Origin: Sminthopsis crassicaudata
Taxonomy: Eukaryota
Direction: 5' to 3'
DNA: 64,000 nt
NCBI RefSeq assembly: GCF_048593235.1
Contig: NC_133617.1
Location: forward strand, 385,520,067-385,584,066
Shown here: in pieces, positions 26,534 to 38,256 of the stretch
Layout of the letters: each line of letters starts with the position of its first letter
How positions within the stretch are numbered: the stretch's first letter is position 1
Made by a program: the position numbers and the translations under genes
The notes under the pieces: model-generated
Told to the model about the DNA's origin: nothing
Databases searched by the model: none
The model's input: only the letters and a program-made list of their open reading frames with translations

Positions 26534-27863
26534 CTGCTGCCCCCAAAGCCAGAAAGGTGGTGTTAGAGCACTGTCTGAGTTCATTCTTCTCACAGCTACA
26601 CCAAGATCTCAGAAACAAGAACTCTGACATACAGTTAAGAATTCTTACCAATCTCTGGGGGATCCCTAGCATTACCTCTGACCAAGATAGTATATGTTCC
26701 TAAGAGGATTTTTAGAGAGAAGTAGCAGCAGGGTTTTGTAATCTCCATACAAAACTATCTAGGAATGAGTATTATTACTAAGATGACAATCTTCTTAGAC
26801 AAATTTCCCAAGGAATAGCAAAGTATAGTGAACATACAAGAAGGTTCACATCCTGACTTAGACATTTACTAGCTGTGTTGTTTTGGAGAAGTCCCTTCCC
26901 CTCTCCGAGTCTCAATTTCTTCATCTGCAAGTTTGTGAGTTTCAAGTTTCCTCATCCTAATAACATCTATCTCCCACAGTGGTTGTGAGGATCAAATGAA
27001 ATAAAATGTAAAGCACTTTGCAAACCTTAAAATGCTATGGGAATGCCAGTATTATTAGTAATAGTTGTAATAATTGTGATTATTAGTAACAATAATCATA
27101 ACACCCTGACATTTGATCAGTACCTTAAAAGTTTTAAAAACATTTAATAGATCCTCTCTCTCAAAAGCCTACAATCGTACTATAGGTCTTAATCTTAGAC
27201 TGAGATCCAATTTTATTCCCACTGAGACATCAAGGCACCTTCAATGAGATCAAAAGTCCAGTCACTTATCACTATTCCTAATATTTGAGGGGACAAGATC
27301 TTTGAAGTGGAGTATGAGACTTGAGTATATAGACTGAGATCTCTGGAGGCTTGCATCATTGAACAGAGGCTCCAGGACATTTGTCTCTGGAAATGCCACC
27401 AAGGAGAAACAACAGAATAGAGCAACATAATGAGGAACTCACGTGGGGTGCAGTTTGAGGGTTTATGATAGGGGGAAGACACATTCTATTAGAAAGTTTC
27501 CTATTTTAACTAATGGTTTAGCCTAAGTAGGTGCTAATTTCAGTTGTTCTAATGTTGATGAAATTAAAAGTGATGTTAGGGTTCTTTAAGTTTTGGCATC
27601 TTGGGTAAAAATCTGTCACCCTGCTATATAGCTAGGACTTTGAAACATCAGAAAATCATTTATTGCAGAAAATATTAAAATAAGTTGGTAAAAAGTCATA
27701 TTGAATCCAGGCATTTATCTTTGGAGAATTTAAAATCATCTCTAGTTATAATATTGGTTTTCAAAGAAACAGAAAAACAGTCAAATCATACTCCAGTCAA
27801 TTCCTCTGACCCCCTCCACTTCACAGTTTCCTGTTCTCTGGTTCTAGAGACTTGACATCTCAC

Positions 27864-28134
27864 CTATTCCAGGTTCCAGGATAACATCCTTTTTGAACAT
27901 AGACATCTTTCCACTTGAAGAAGTGGGCTCTTGCCTGGCAGTGCCCCTTTCCTGATCTTTTACTTTTTTGATGACAATAACAGCATCTTTGTGCATCTTT
28001 GCTTGGTGGAGGGCATTCAAAACATCTCCATGGATGGACCCAGCCAATGAGGTACCATTAATGGACAAAATGAGATCTCCTCGATGGATGCTCCCTTCCT
28101 GAGAAGCCACTCCCTGAGAAAACACTCTGTGAAC
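27864..28134 (-). CDS. PDZD2: PDZD2 coding exon (271 bp), remainder of penultimate PDZ plus linker
   Basis: atatag|GTT CAC AGA...ATA G|gtgaga. Translates VHRVFSQGVASQEGSIHRGDLILSINGTSLAG...EPGI. Confidence 0.95.
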
Positions 28135-29749
28135 CTATATAAATGAAGGGAAAGCAAATACATTAATTTTTTTTTTTTGAAAAACATAGTAACTTGATAT
28201 TTATTTTAACTGATCAAAGGACCACATTTTTAAAATCCAATATTTATTAGGCAAATAATAAATATGTAACCTTTTATGATTTTCTCAGCTGCTAGTGTCC
28301 CACTCCCCAAATATCATCATTTGCAATGAGTAAATAATTATTGATTGTAGAGACAGAATTTAATATATCTTGCGAACTTAAACACATACACTCCATTTCC
28401 CTCCAATGATCTCAAAGACCTTCCAAATCATTTTTTTAAAAGTCATTATTATTTTGGCATGAAGTTTGGGTTGCTTTACCAAAGTAAAGTAAGCCAAAAA
28501 TTTTTTTTTAGAATGAACCTTATTACCCTACCCCAGAATCTGTATGTAAATAAAAACCCTTCGACCAAATTAGCATAAATTCTTTGGCTACTGTAAGAAA
28601 CTATGCCTTCAGTAAGTTTGACTAATATGAAACAATAATAGTTCATATGCAGCTAGGCAGATAGAATTCTGAAGTCTTTATAAGATCTGAATTGAAATGT
28701 AGCCTTAGATATTGAACTAGCTGTGTGATCTTGTCACTTCTGTTTCCTCAGTTTTTTCATCTACAACAATGAGAAATTAAAAGCATCTACTTAGCAGGAT
28801 TGTTAAGAAGTTCAAATGAGATAACTATGTAAAATGCTACACAGATGCTAGCTCTTACTAATATAATTAATAACTATATAATACTTTGAAGTTTGCAAAG
28901 ACCTTTATGTATATTGTCTCATCTGATCCTTAGGACAGCCCTTCAAAGTAGGTACTGCAGGGATTATTATTCCCATTGTACTGTATAAAATTCAGACGGG
29001 TAAAACGATTTGCTCATAGTTTGAAAGCTATTTGGTGGCAGCAATAGGATTTGAACTCAGATCTCCCCTACTCTAAATCATAGGATCATAGATTTAAAGC
29101 CAAAAGGAAACGTGGAGCCCATTTAATCCAGTTCCTTCATTTTAAAACAGAAGGAACTGAGAAGGGGAGTGACAAAGACATACTGATGGTAAGTTGGGGC
29201 AGATTCTTTCACACTATTCCAGAACCCCAGAGAAAAGTTAGGACTTTTCTTCTCCTTCCACTTACTTTGCCGAGGGATATAAACAGCCTAAAAAATGAAA
29301 ATTCCTGCAAGAATTTTTCTACATAAACACAAACTGGTCTCATAAGTGCAAAATAAAAGCTCATCAGTTTCTAGGACACAGGGTAAAGATGAAAAAAGTA
29401 TTAAAAGGAGCTCTACAAATAATATAAGCAACACCACTGATATCTACTAAGACTTAGTTATCAAGCCAATAATTAAATTATCAATGAAGAGTACCTTAAT
29501 GTCAATGTGTTTTTTAAAAAATATTATCCATATTAATTCCTTCTCTACTCCTCTTCATCTCAAAATCTTTTGATCTAGTTGCCCCCATCCATCCCAGGAC
29601 ACACTCACACTCACACTCACTCTCACATTCTCTGTTTCTCTCTCTCTTTCTCCTTCTTCCCTTCTCTCTCTCTCCCCCTCCCCCTTTTCTTGGATAAGAT
29701 CCACCTCACTCTCTGTATCCCCGATTCCATTCCTTCCTGTTTATTCTTA

Positions 29750-31450
29750 AACAGATTCCTCAATCATCCCTCTGTCCTTGGAATATTCTCTTATCACTGA
29801 CTCATCAACTTTGTGAAGTCTGCTTCTGACTTTATCACTGACTGAAACAACTCTTTTCAAGGTGACCCATTACCTCTACATTGTCAAATTTAATTGGATT
29901 TAACATATTTAATGTATTTAATGTAATGCCATCTAGAGGAGGTGGGGGGGGGGAAGGAGGGGAAAATTTGGAACAGAAGGTTTTGCAAGGGTCATTGTTA
30001 AAAAATTACCCTTGCATGTTTTGTAAATAGAAAGCTTTAATAAAAAAAAAAATTAATGGTATTTTTCCCCCCAATCTTGATCTGCTTCATTTCAAACTTT
30101 TGACCACCATACCCTCTTAGATGCTCTCTCCTTTGTGAGTTTTGGGACACTTTTCTCTTCAGGATCTTCTCTCACCTGTCCACCATCTTCTCAGTCTTTT
30201 TTGCTGGTTTATAATCCATATCATGTCTCCCAACAGTTCATGTTCTCTGGGCTCTTTCCTAGGTCTCCTATTCTCCTTTCTCTTCTTCTTTCTTTTCTCT
30301 CCTGTCTCTCACCTTTTCACATGCCCTGAGTTTAATTATCATGTCAATGTTGGTGCATCTCAGATCTGCATTTCTACTTCTAGTCTATTATGTTACACTG
30401 GATGTTCTGAGACATCTCAAATACCTCTAAACTTCCCTATTTCTATTGAAAACACCACTATTCTTTTAGGTCAAGGCTTTTTAAACTTTTTCCCTTTTTC
30501 ACCCTTTCTACATGACTCCAGATATATAAGTATATAAAGTAGGTATACAAATAAAGCATTTGCTGATAATGATAATTTTTCAAGTCCCACATTCAGTTAT
30601 GAGACCCCATACAGAGTTGTGAACCACAGTTTAAGAATTTGTGTTCTAGGTTATAACATTGGTGTTATTCTCTATTCAATATCCAGTTAGTTGTCAAATT
30701 TTATTTTTTCTATTTCCACAGTATCTTTAAGTATTTAAATTCTCTACTACTGGCTATGCTTTTATTTCAGGTCCCTCTAATTCTACTTGGTCTTTCTGCT
30801 TCAAGTCTCTCTCCATACCAGTCCCTCTTACCCAGTGCTGCCATTGTCATTCACTCTTACTCAAACTCTTAATGGTTCCCTATTCTTCACACATGACACT
30901 CCATCTGTTATTCCAGGGGTTCTCAAACTGCGGCCTGCTGAGGACGTTTATGCGGCCCGCTGGGTTATGACAAATGGGCTGAGGGGTGGAGACAGTGTAA
31001 GTTTTTGTTTTTACCATAGTCTGGCCCTCCAACAGTCTGAGGGACAGTGAATTGGCCCCCTATTTAAAAAATTTGAGGACCACTGTCCTATTCCATACCT
31101 TACACTGGGTGGGGGTCCTCCTTGCCTGGATGCTTGCTCTTCTCCTTTTGTCTTACAGAATCCTGATCCTTAAGATTCAGCTTGGACATTTTTTGCATTG
31201 TTTTTCCTTATCCCTTGTTATGCTAGTATCTTCCCTTCCTCCCAAACTACCTTGCATTTAAGTTCTTGCACTGATTTGTGTTTGCTTTCTTCGTATTTGT
31301 CCTACCTATACTTGTACATGCCATTGTCTCACTAACTAGCATAGATGCTCATTATAAGTAGAGATTGTTTCAGTTATTTGTAGCCTTGGCAACTTGGACA
31401 GTGCTTATAACCTATTAGGCACTTAATGGTTGTTAACCAATAAAAAGCAT
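29750..31450 (+). mobile_element. Ancient L2 remnant (similar remnants at ~9480-9960, ~18750-19100, ~42120-42880)
   Basis: Degenerate L2 3' region text (pyrimidine-rich, ends ...taggcacttaat...). Boundaries approximate. Confidence 0.55.
30914..31085. mobile_element. Non-autonomous hAT MITE, OposCharlie1 (OC1)-like, 172 bp, inserted in an L2 remnant
   Basis: TIRs CAGGGGTTCTCAAACT / AATTTGAGGACCACTG (13/16), 8-bp TSD-like TGTTATTC / TCCTATTC, several undecayed CpGs. Family recognised from memory of OC1 ends. Confidence 0.8.
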
Positions 31451-31519
31451 ATCACTTGTCTCCTCAGTAGTGCAGGCTCCAATGTTTCATTTTATATACT
31501 GCTGGTAAGAATTATATCA

Positions 31520-32100
31520 TTACAAATTTTTTTTGAGCTCCAAATTCCCTTCCATCCTCTGACAAGGCCAACAATGAAATATTGGTTATGTTTGTGAAAT
31601 CATGCCAAAACATTTTTATATTAGCTATATAAACAAACAAACAAAAAACAAGAAAAGTGAGAGTTTTATCACTTTGCACTCAAAGAGTTCATCAGTTCTC
31701 TTTCTGGAACTGTACAACATTTTTCATCATGTGTCCTTTGGCATTGTCTTGATAAGAGTAAGTCTTTCACAGTTTATCATCATTATGATATTGCTGTTAC
31801 TGTTTACAATGATCTCCTGGATGTGCTCACTTCACTGCATCAAATCATTTATGTCTTCACAGGTTTATCTGAAATCATCCCCTTCCCATTTTTTATAGCA
31901 TATTCATACTCCATCACAATTGTACACTACAGTTTATTCTGTCATTCCCCAGTTGATGGACATCCCCCCAATTTCCAATTGTATGCCACCACAAAAAGCT
32001 GCTATAAATATTTTTGTACATGTGGATCCTTTTTCTTTTTCTTTAATCTCCTTGGGATAAAGATGTAGCAGTTATAATGCTGGGTCAAATGGTATGCACA
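31520..32100 (-). mobile_element. Old L1 3' fragment
   Basis: Antisense L1 ORF2-end motifs (ccagttgatggacatcccc, gctgggtcaaatggtatgcaca). Confidence 0.7.
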
Positions 32101-32113
32101 GAAAAACTGGTAG

Positions 32114-32274
32114 TATTTTTCTTTTTCTTTTTTTTTTGCTGAGGCAATTGGGGTTAAGTGACTTGCCCAGGGTCACACAGCCAGGAAGTGTTAAGTGTCT
32201 GAGACCAGATTTGAACTCAGATCCTTCCGACTTAAGGGCTAGTGTTCTATCCACTGCACCACCTACCTGCCCCC
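32114..32274 (-). mobile_element. WSINE1-type SINE with TSD
   Basis: Same SINE body. TSD AAACTGGTAG at 32104-32113 and 32275-32284. Confidence 0.88.
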
Positions 32275-32405
32275 AAACTGGTAGCTTTTAAAGTACATTA
32301 TGATTCACATTGAAATGAAATGAATGCTGACAAGTAAACAATTGATCCAAATTTTAGATGACTGGCAAGCAGTTTTCCTGGGGTAAATCTGAGATCATCA
32401 CTTAC

Positions 32406-32507
32406 AGTAATTGATTTCTGCTCCAAATCTACTCCACCAGCCACGCTGAATCCCAGACCTGAGCCACTTTCTTTATTCAAAACCACAAAGAAAATATCTT
32501 CTTTATT
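32406..32507 (-). CDS. PDZD2: PDZD2 coding exon (102 bp), start of penultimate PDZ domain
   Basis: ttttattag|AAT AAA...ATT ACT|gtaagt. Translates NKEDIFFVVLNKESGSGLGFSVAGGVDLEQKSIT, including the GLGF loop. Confidence 0.95.
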
Positions 32508-35080
32508 CTAATAAAAGAGAAACAAAAATAAATGTTATTTTTCCCCTTCATACCAAAACAAAAAAAATGATGTAAACAAGTCTTTTGTTTACTTTTGGAG
32601 AACAGACTTATTTATTCTGGGCTTTTCACACACTCCCTTTGATCTAGAGTATCAAAAAAGAGTTCATGGGCTTAAGAGTCAGAAGCCAGAGATTCAAAAC
32701 TCTCTTCTGCTATGATATTTATATGAGCTGTATAGTTCTGGATATATCTCAGTATTAGTATCAGTTACACAGTTGGCTATTTAATTTAGTGATTTCAAAG
32801 GGTTCTTTTTTGTTTGTTTTTGTGAGGAAAATACTTTGTAAACTACTATTCGTCTAGGCCTGGCATTTTAAAAAGTACTTTTATATCCCTTATCTTAGTT
32901 CATCCTCTAAATCAGTCTGAAGAAGAGATGTCATTATCATCCCCACTTTGCAGAAGGGAACAATGAGGCCTGGAATTGATTATTTCTAAATTTTCCGTTA
33001 AGTCTCTAATTTTCTTTCTTCTTTTATCCACTTTTAGAAAAATATCAAATAAAGGTGACTCACTGGACATTGAATTAATTAATCATATTTTTTAAAGTTC
33101 CCATACTCTACTGATCTGAGAAGAAAAAATTGGTATAAACAGAGAAAAGGTGATCCCATGGAATTGATGGTTAAACTGTATGTTATACTCTACCCTACTG
33201 ATGGAATGTACACATATCTGGAAAATTCTATGGGTACTAAGAATAAGCAATGAACCACTGCCCAGAGCAGGATGTGCTATGCAGGTTTAACACTCAAAAC
33301 ATGAAAATCTCACAGCAGTGGAAGGATGTTAACTAGACCTCCTGCTGATTCTTGGGAGCCAAACAGCTATCTCCAATCATACCTGTGGCTAACCTTCAAC
33401 CTAACACTGTGCCAAGAGCTGTCAAAACTAATATACCAAGACCATCTCATTAGAAATAAGATTTCCACAGAGACTGGAGCCTAGTCCATTTATCTTTATA
33501 TAACCTGCAATATTAGTTTCATCTAAAAAAAGCAGGAAGTCTGCAAAGGGGCAGTTCTAATCCCAATACTTCAAGGTAATAAAACTTCACAGGAATCTTA
33601 GTAATATTTTTTTCCAAAAAGAATGCCAATGAAAACTATCACTTCCAATGACACTTCTTTTCCTACCCGTCTCTATTCTTGGCACAGCAGTAAAGAAATG
33701 CAAAAGGAATTCAAATATTTGGCTACTTCTGAAAAAAAAAATACTTCATTTTGCATTCTGGACCTGCCAGGAGGTAGAAAGCATGTTTCACAATCAGTTA
33801 TGTTTGTCACCGGTTTTTTTTATTATTGATGAACTTAAGTCAGGTAATGAAACAATGACTTTTTCTTATACTTAAAACCTTACTGGAAGCAACAAAGTGG
33901 CTTAGTAGATAGAGCACTGGACCTGGAGTCAAGATGACCTGAGGTCAAATTTGACCTTAGACAATTACTAGCTGGGTGACCTTGGGTAGGTCACTTAACC
34001 CTGTTTGCCTTATTTCATTGGAGAAGGAAATGCCAAACCACTCCAGTATCTTTGCCACGAAAACAGTGGATAGCATTTTCTGCTTGGTCACAGAGTTAGA
34101 AACTGAACCTCAAACAGCCACAACAGTCCACAACCACAACCACAACTTCTTGCTGACTTAGAGAATGACTATGATTTGCTCTCTATGCTTACTGGGATTT
34201 CTAGGCCCAGAGAGGAGGATATGGCTACACCCCCTCCCAAGATGGAACAAGACAAAAATGGACATCGAAACACTATCAACTGTAGGATTTTTCAAAGATG
34301 AAAGAGAGACAGTGGTGGTGGAGAGCTGAGCCATGACTGTCTCCCTCACTAGCCATGCTTTGTACTAAGTGTTGCCTTGTGTCCCATTGGCCCAGGGCCA
34401 TCTGCTCAGTGCAGGTGTTGGGATGGCAGAGATAAGACATTGCAGGAGCAATCCAATCCTGCTTGTTTGCTGTGATCATGAGAATCCATAATGGTCGCTA
34501 ACCCTATCCAGAGTTGTCTAGCTCCTCTTCATAGGGAGACCAGACATTAATAATTAAATCACGAAACTTTCAGGACATTCTTTTTCCTGTATTGCACCTA
34601 AAAGGCTGAAGAGAAAGGAGGTTGATTCTAGCCTCAAAGAGAAGAGCTGGATCCACAGACAGGATATGTGGTTTGTGTTGTTAATTTAATAATTCTGCTT
34701 TTGCTATTCATCAATCTAATAAAACTATACATTTAAATCATGACCTTAAAATGAAAATGGATAAATGAAGGAACAGGAAGGAACATGGCCAAGTAGGTGG
34801 GGATAGAGCCAGAAATGACTGACATATTCCCCAAATAAGAACTCAAGAAGTTTAAGTGTTATATAGCAGCAGATGATTGACAACCCTCTTGATTTCTGCC
34901 TATTTATAAAACCATAGCTTTTATTCTTATCTGTATAATGACATTCTAAGGGCTTGGAGAAGCTAGAGATTAAGGGAGATAGAATGTAGTAAGAGGAGTT
35001 AGAATCATAGTAGCAAAAATAGCATGAAACAATTCTCTTGAATTGCAGACTGACTGCCAATATGCATTAGTAGGGGAATT

Positions 35081-35209
35081 NNNNNNNNNNNNNNNNNNNN
35101 NNNNNNNNNNNNNNNNNNNNNNNNNNNNNNNNNNNNNNNNNNNNNNNNNNNNNNNNNNNNNNNNNNNNNNNNNNNNNNNNNNNNNNNNNNNNNNNNNNNN
35201 NNNNNNNNA
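35081..35209. other. Assembly gap (129 N), ~200 bp from the young ERV
   Basis: Run of N. Confidence 1.
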
Positions 35210-35407
35210 TACAGAGTCTAGTGCAATCTCTTGAACATAGATATTTCTGGATTCACTAAAAACAGCATCCATCACAGGATGCAGCTTTTTGATATTCATT
35301 TTTTTAATTGTAAAATTACCAGTTGTCATATGCAATTATTTCATGTACATTACACAATAAGAAATTAAAATAACAGCTAAGCTCCATTAGCTCATAATGC
35401 CCAAAAC

Positions 35408-35780
35408 TGTAACGAGCTGTTGTCTCCAGAAGCTGCTGATCGCTCTCTGGAAGGAGATCTGCTGTGTCAACTCAAATCTCTCCAACAGATTCTTCTTCCT
35501 GTAGTGAACCGTTGTCTCCAGGCAGTTGCTGTTAACTCTTGTCCAAAGAAGTGACTTCCCTTCCTGCAGAGAGCCCCGTCAAGCCTGATGCAATTCAGAG
35601 TCTTCCTCTCTTCCTGGAGTGCTGTCCTCTTTATCCTCCCAGAGAATGGGCGTGGGATAATGCAAGGGCTTCTGGGAAGAACCACTTCAGCCAATGGGCT
35701 TGCTCCTTCTATCAAGTCAACCTGAGTTCTCACCTTGTAACTATCCAGACAACCTCAGTTCTCACTTAGTAATCCTAACA
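35408..35780 (-). repeat. 3' LTR of young ERV
   Basis: No difference from 38278-38650 found by eye. Preceded on the minus strand by the PPT. Confidence 0.95.
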
Positions 35781-35797
35781 TCTCCCCCTTTCTTTTG
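35781..35797 (-). promoter_or_regulatory. Polypurine tract of young ERV
   Basis: Minus strand ...CAAAAGAAAGGGGGAGA immediately abutting the 3' LTR TGTTAGG. Confidence 0.9.
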
Positions 35798-36088
35798 ATT
35801 TAGAACATAGGACAGTCATGACCTTGAAACATAAATCCATCAATATGGGAAGTATTACAGATAATTACATAAATTACATAAGCACATAGTAACATAGTAA
35901 CATAACACATGCTAGAAGTATATAACATAATCATAATCAAATAATCATAAATTGAAAATTTATAAATGTCCATAAGTCCATTGTCCATTAGTCTCATCTT
36001 GTGTGAGGAAGTCCAATGATTCCTGCTGGTTTTTAAAGTTCTTTAACAGTCTTCTTATTATCCATGATCTTTCAGTGTCAGATGTTTC

Positions 36089-36278
36089 TTAGATCTTCTC
36101 CTTTATTTTGAGGTCTTTCTCTTTTTCTGTCTCTCTCTGGTGGACAAGGCGAATATGACTCGTTGGCACCCATCTGATTCCTTCTCCTGCTGAAGAAATA
36201 CAAGCAAACCCTCTCTCCCAGGCAGTTAACCTATCTAATTACCTTCTATTTACCACTTTCTAAATCTCTTCTCATCAT
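36089..36278 (-). pseudogene. Decayed integrase C-terminal domain remnant of young ERV
   Basis: MMRRDLESGK*K/(frameshift)LDRLTAWERGFACISSAGEGIRWVPTSHIRLV resembles the betaretroviral IN tail (W.D...W.GP...WGRGFAC...W.P). It has one stop and a 1-nt frameshift. Confidence 0.8.
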
Positions 36279-36285
36279 CTGGCAA

Positions 36286-38034
36286 TTACATTGGAATTGT
36301 TTGCACTGGACACAGCCCTGTTGGTTTAAAAGGCCTGTATTCTCCCCAAGTGTAATCCATTTTTGCAATCTGATTGCCTTTTGGCTCACTTATTAGGTAA
36401 TCCCTTTCTGCCATGTGATTGCTTTTCTGCTGGTTGATCAAATCAGAGTCCTGGCCTTCTAAAGGTTCTTTGGGTGTAACATCAGCTGCCATCATGCCCC
36501 AAGTCTTTTTTGCCTGGGGCCCTGAACCTGGGCCCCTCATCCCATTTCCCTGAATTATTCTACACTCTGATGCCCAATGGAATCCTCTGTTGCATTTTGG
36601 ACATGGGGTTTTAGGTCTTCTCTCACCCTGTCTTTTCACTGTATCTCCAAATCTACACTGAGCTCTTAGATGTCCAATTTTTCCACATTGAAAACATCGC
36701 CGAGTTTCTCTAGAAGGCCCTTGCCAGGAGGGACCCTGTCTTTCCACATTCATCATTGTCCGGGTGTAAAAAGCATTTGTTCCCACTGTAGCACAGCGTC
36801 TTATGATCTCCTCTAAAGGAGCATCTTTGTCTAATCCCCATATAATTCTTTTGCAAATCTCATTGGCATTTTCCTTAGCCAGATGTCTGGTCATTATTTC
36901 TGTAGCTGAATTTTCTCCAATAGTTCTTTTGACAGCAGTTTGCAAACGTCCCACAAAATCTGCAAAAGGTTCATTGGGACCTTGCTGTATTTTAGTGAAA
37001 GCCTCTCCACGATCTTTCTGTCCAGGAAGGACACCCCAAGCTTTTATTGCAGCCTTAGCAATTTGCTCATATATTGTCATGGTATAATTAATCTGTTCCG
37101 AATTCTCTCCATACTGACCTTCACCAGCTAAGTGCTCAAAAGTGAATTGTGTGTTAACTCCTATTTCCAAATTGCATCTGACTTGAATTTTACATAATTC
37201 ATGAAATTCCGCAAGCCATAATAAATTTTCTCCAGGTTCCAGACATGTCCTTGCTATGGATTTCCAATCATTCGGGGTTAGGACTTCATAAGACAAACCA
37301 TCTAGTAACATTTTGACATAAGCTGATGTAGCCCCATAAAGGGTACAACCTTTTTTCAAATCCTTAATTTTATTCAAATCTAAAGGTGCATATCTTCTCC
37401 TTTTTTTACCTACAGAGTCAGTATTTTCAATCACAGGATATGCATGTATAAAATCACTTATATCCTGTCCTTCTCTCTTAGCTTTAATCAATGCTTTTTC
37501 TAATCTTGTCATAGGCTTAGGCTGCTTCACAGGCAATTCTGTTTGTGTTTCTGCCTCTTCCTCTCCTCCTTCTTGCTCCACCCCTGAAGGGTTAATTGAG
37601 GGAGGAGATGGGAGGTGCTCCTGTTGCTGTTGCTCAGAATTGTACTTAACTTCATTGTTATCTGATTCATCCTTTTCACCTAGTTTAGTTGACACCTCCC
37701 CATTTTGCTCCTTCATCTCTTCCTTTAGAATAACATTTTTTAAAGCCATTTGGATTAAATTGTAGGTATGAATTGTATCTTTGGAAACTGAGTTTGGTCT
37801 GGAACCAAAGGGTAAAATGTCACAAAGACAATTGTAGTGTTCACCTAATTGCTCTCCTACTAATTCCCATTCATCTGGATCCAATTCTTCTTCCAGAGAA
37901 AAAGAAGGACATATGACCTTCACAGTTCTTAAAAGTTCAGTAATCTCCTCTAAAATTATAATCAATCCTTGGCTTTTCATAACCTTGATGATGCTCTCTA
38001 AACATTTTCCTTGAACAGAAGGTGTTTGCCCCAT
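36286..38034 (-). CDS. gag: Retroviral Gag polyprotein (MA-CA-NC), 582 aa, stop-free
   Basis: Starts MGQTPS (myristoylation-type). Contains the CA major homology region IQQGPNEPFADFVGRL and two CCHC knuckles, CFQCGKIGHLRAQC and CPKCNRGFHWASEC (betaretroviral pattern). Confidence 0.95.
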   Translation of the reverse strand: MGQTPSVQGKCLESIIKVMKSQGLIIILEEITELLRTVKVICPSFSLEEELDPDEWELVGEQLGEHYNCLCDILPFGSRPNSVSKDTIHTYNLIQMALKNVILKEEMKEQNGEVSTKLGEKDESDNNEVKYNSEQQQQEHLPSPPSINPSGVEQEGGEEEAETQTELPVKQPKPMTRLEKALIKAKREGQDISDFIHAYPVIENTDSVGKKRRRYAPLDLNKIKDLKKGCTLYGATSAYVKMLLDGLSYEVLTPNDWKSIARTCLEPGENLLWLAEFHELCKIQVRCNLEIGVNTQFTFEHLAGEGQYGENSEQINYTMTIYEQIAKAAIKAWGVLPGQKDRGEAFTKIQQGPNEPFADFVGRLQTAVKRTIGENSATEIMTRHLAKENANEICKRIIWGLDKDAPLEEIIRRCATVGTNAFYTRTMMNVERQGPSWQGPSRETRRCFQCGKIGHLRAQCRFGDTVKRQGERRPKTPCPKCNRGFHWASECRIIQGNGMRGPGSGPQAKKTWGMMAADVTPKEPLEGQDSDLINQQKSNHMAERDYLISEPKGNQIAKMDYTWGEYRPFKPTGLCPVQTIPM

Positions 38035-38256
38035 TTCACTATAAAAGATTGCTGGTTTAGCCCTTAACAAGTTCCTTATTTATCTATTAGCACACTCACT
38101 TAATCTTTAACAAAGTTTCCTTGTTACTCACGGTTCTGGGTCAGAGAGACTGAGATCTGGATGGGAGGCTTTTCCACTGGAATCAGGACCGTGTCTGGGC
38201 ACCAAATTGCGAAGGTCTGGTCTAGCTCCTCTTGTCAGAAATAAGCAAAAGTCCTT

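Noticed and set aside
36286-38034. Gag as an anciently domesticated host gene (Fv1/Arc/PEG10-like)
   Set aside because: Identical LTRs, an intact TSD, PBS and PPT indicate a recent insertion. Long-term co-option at this locus is not supported.
38035-38070. 12-aa N-terminal extension of Gag (MLRAKPAIFYSE) in the ORF track
   Set aside because: It starts at TTG and would mask the MGQ myristoylation start. The ATG at 38034 is the conventional start.
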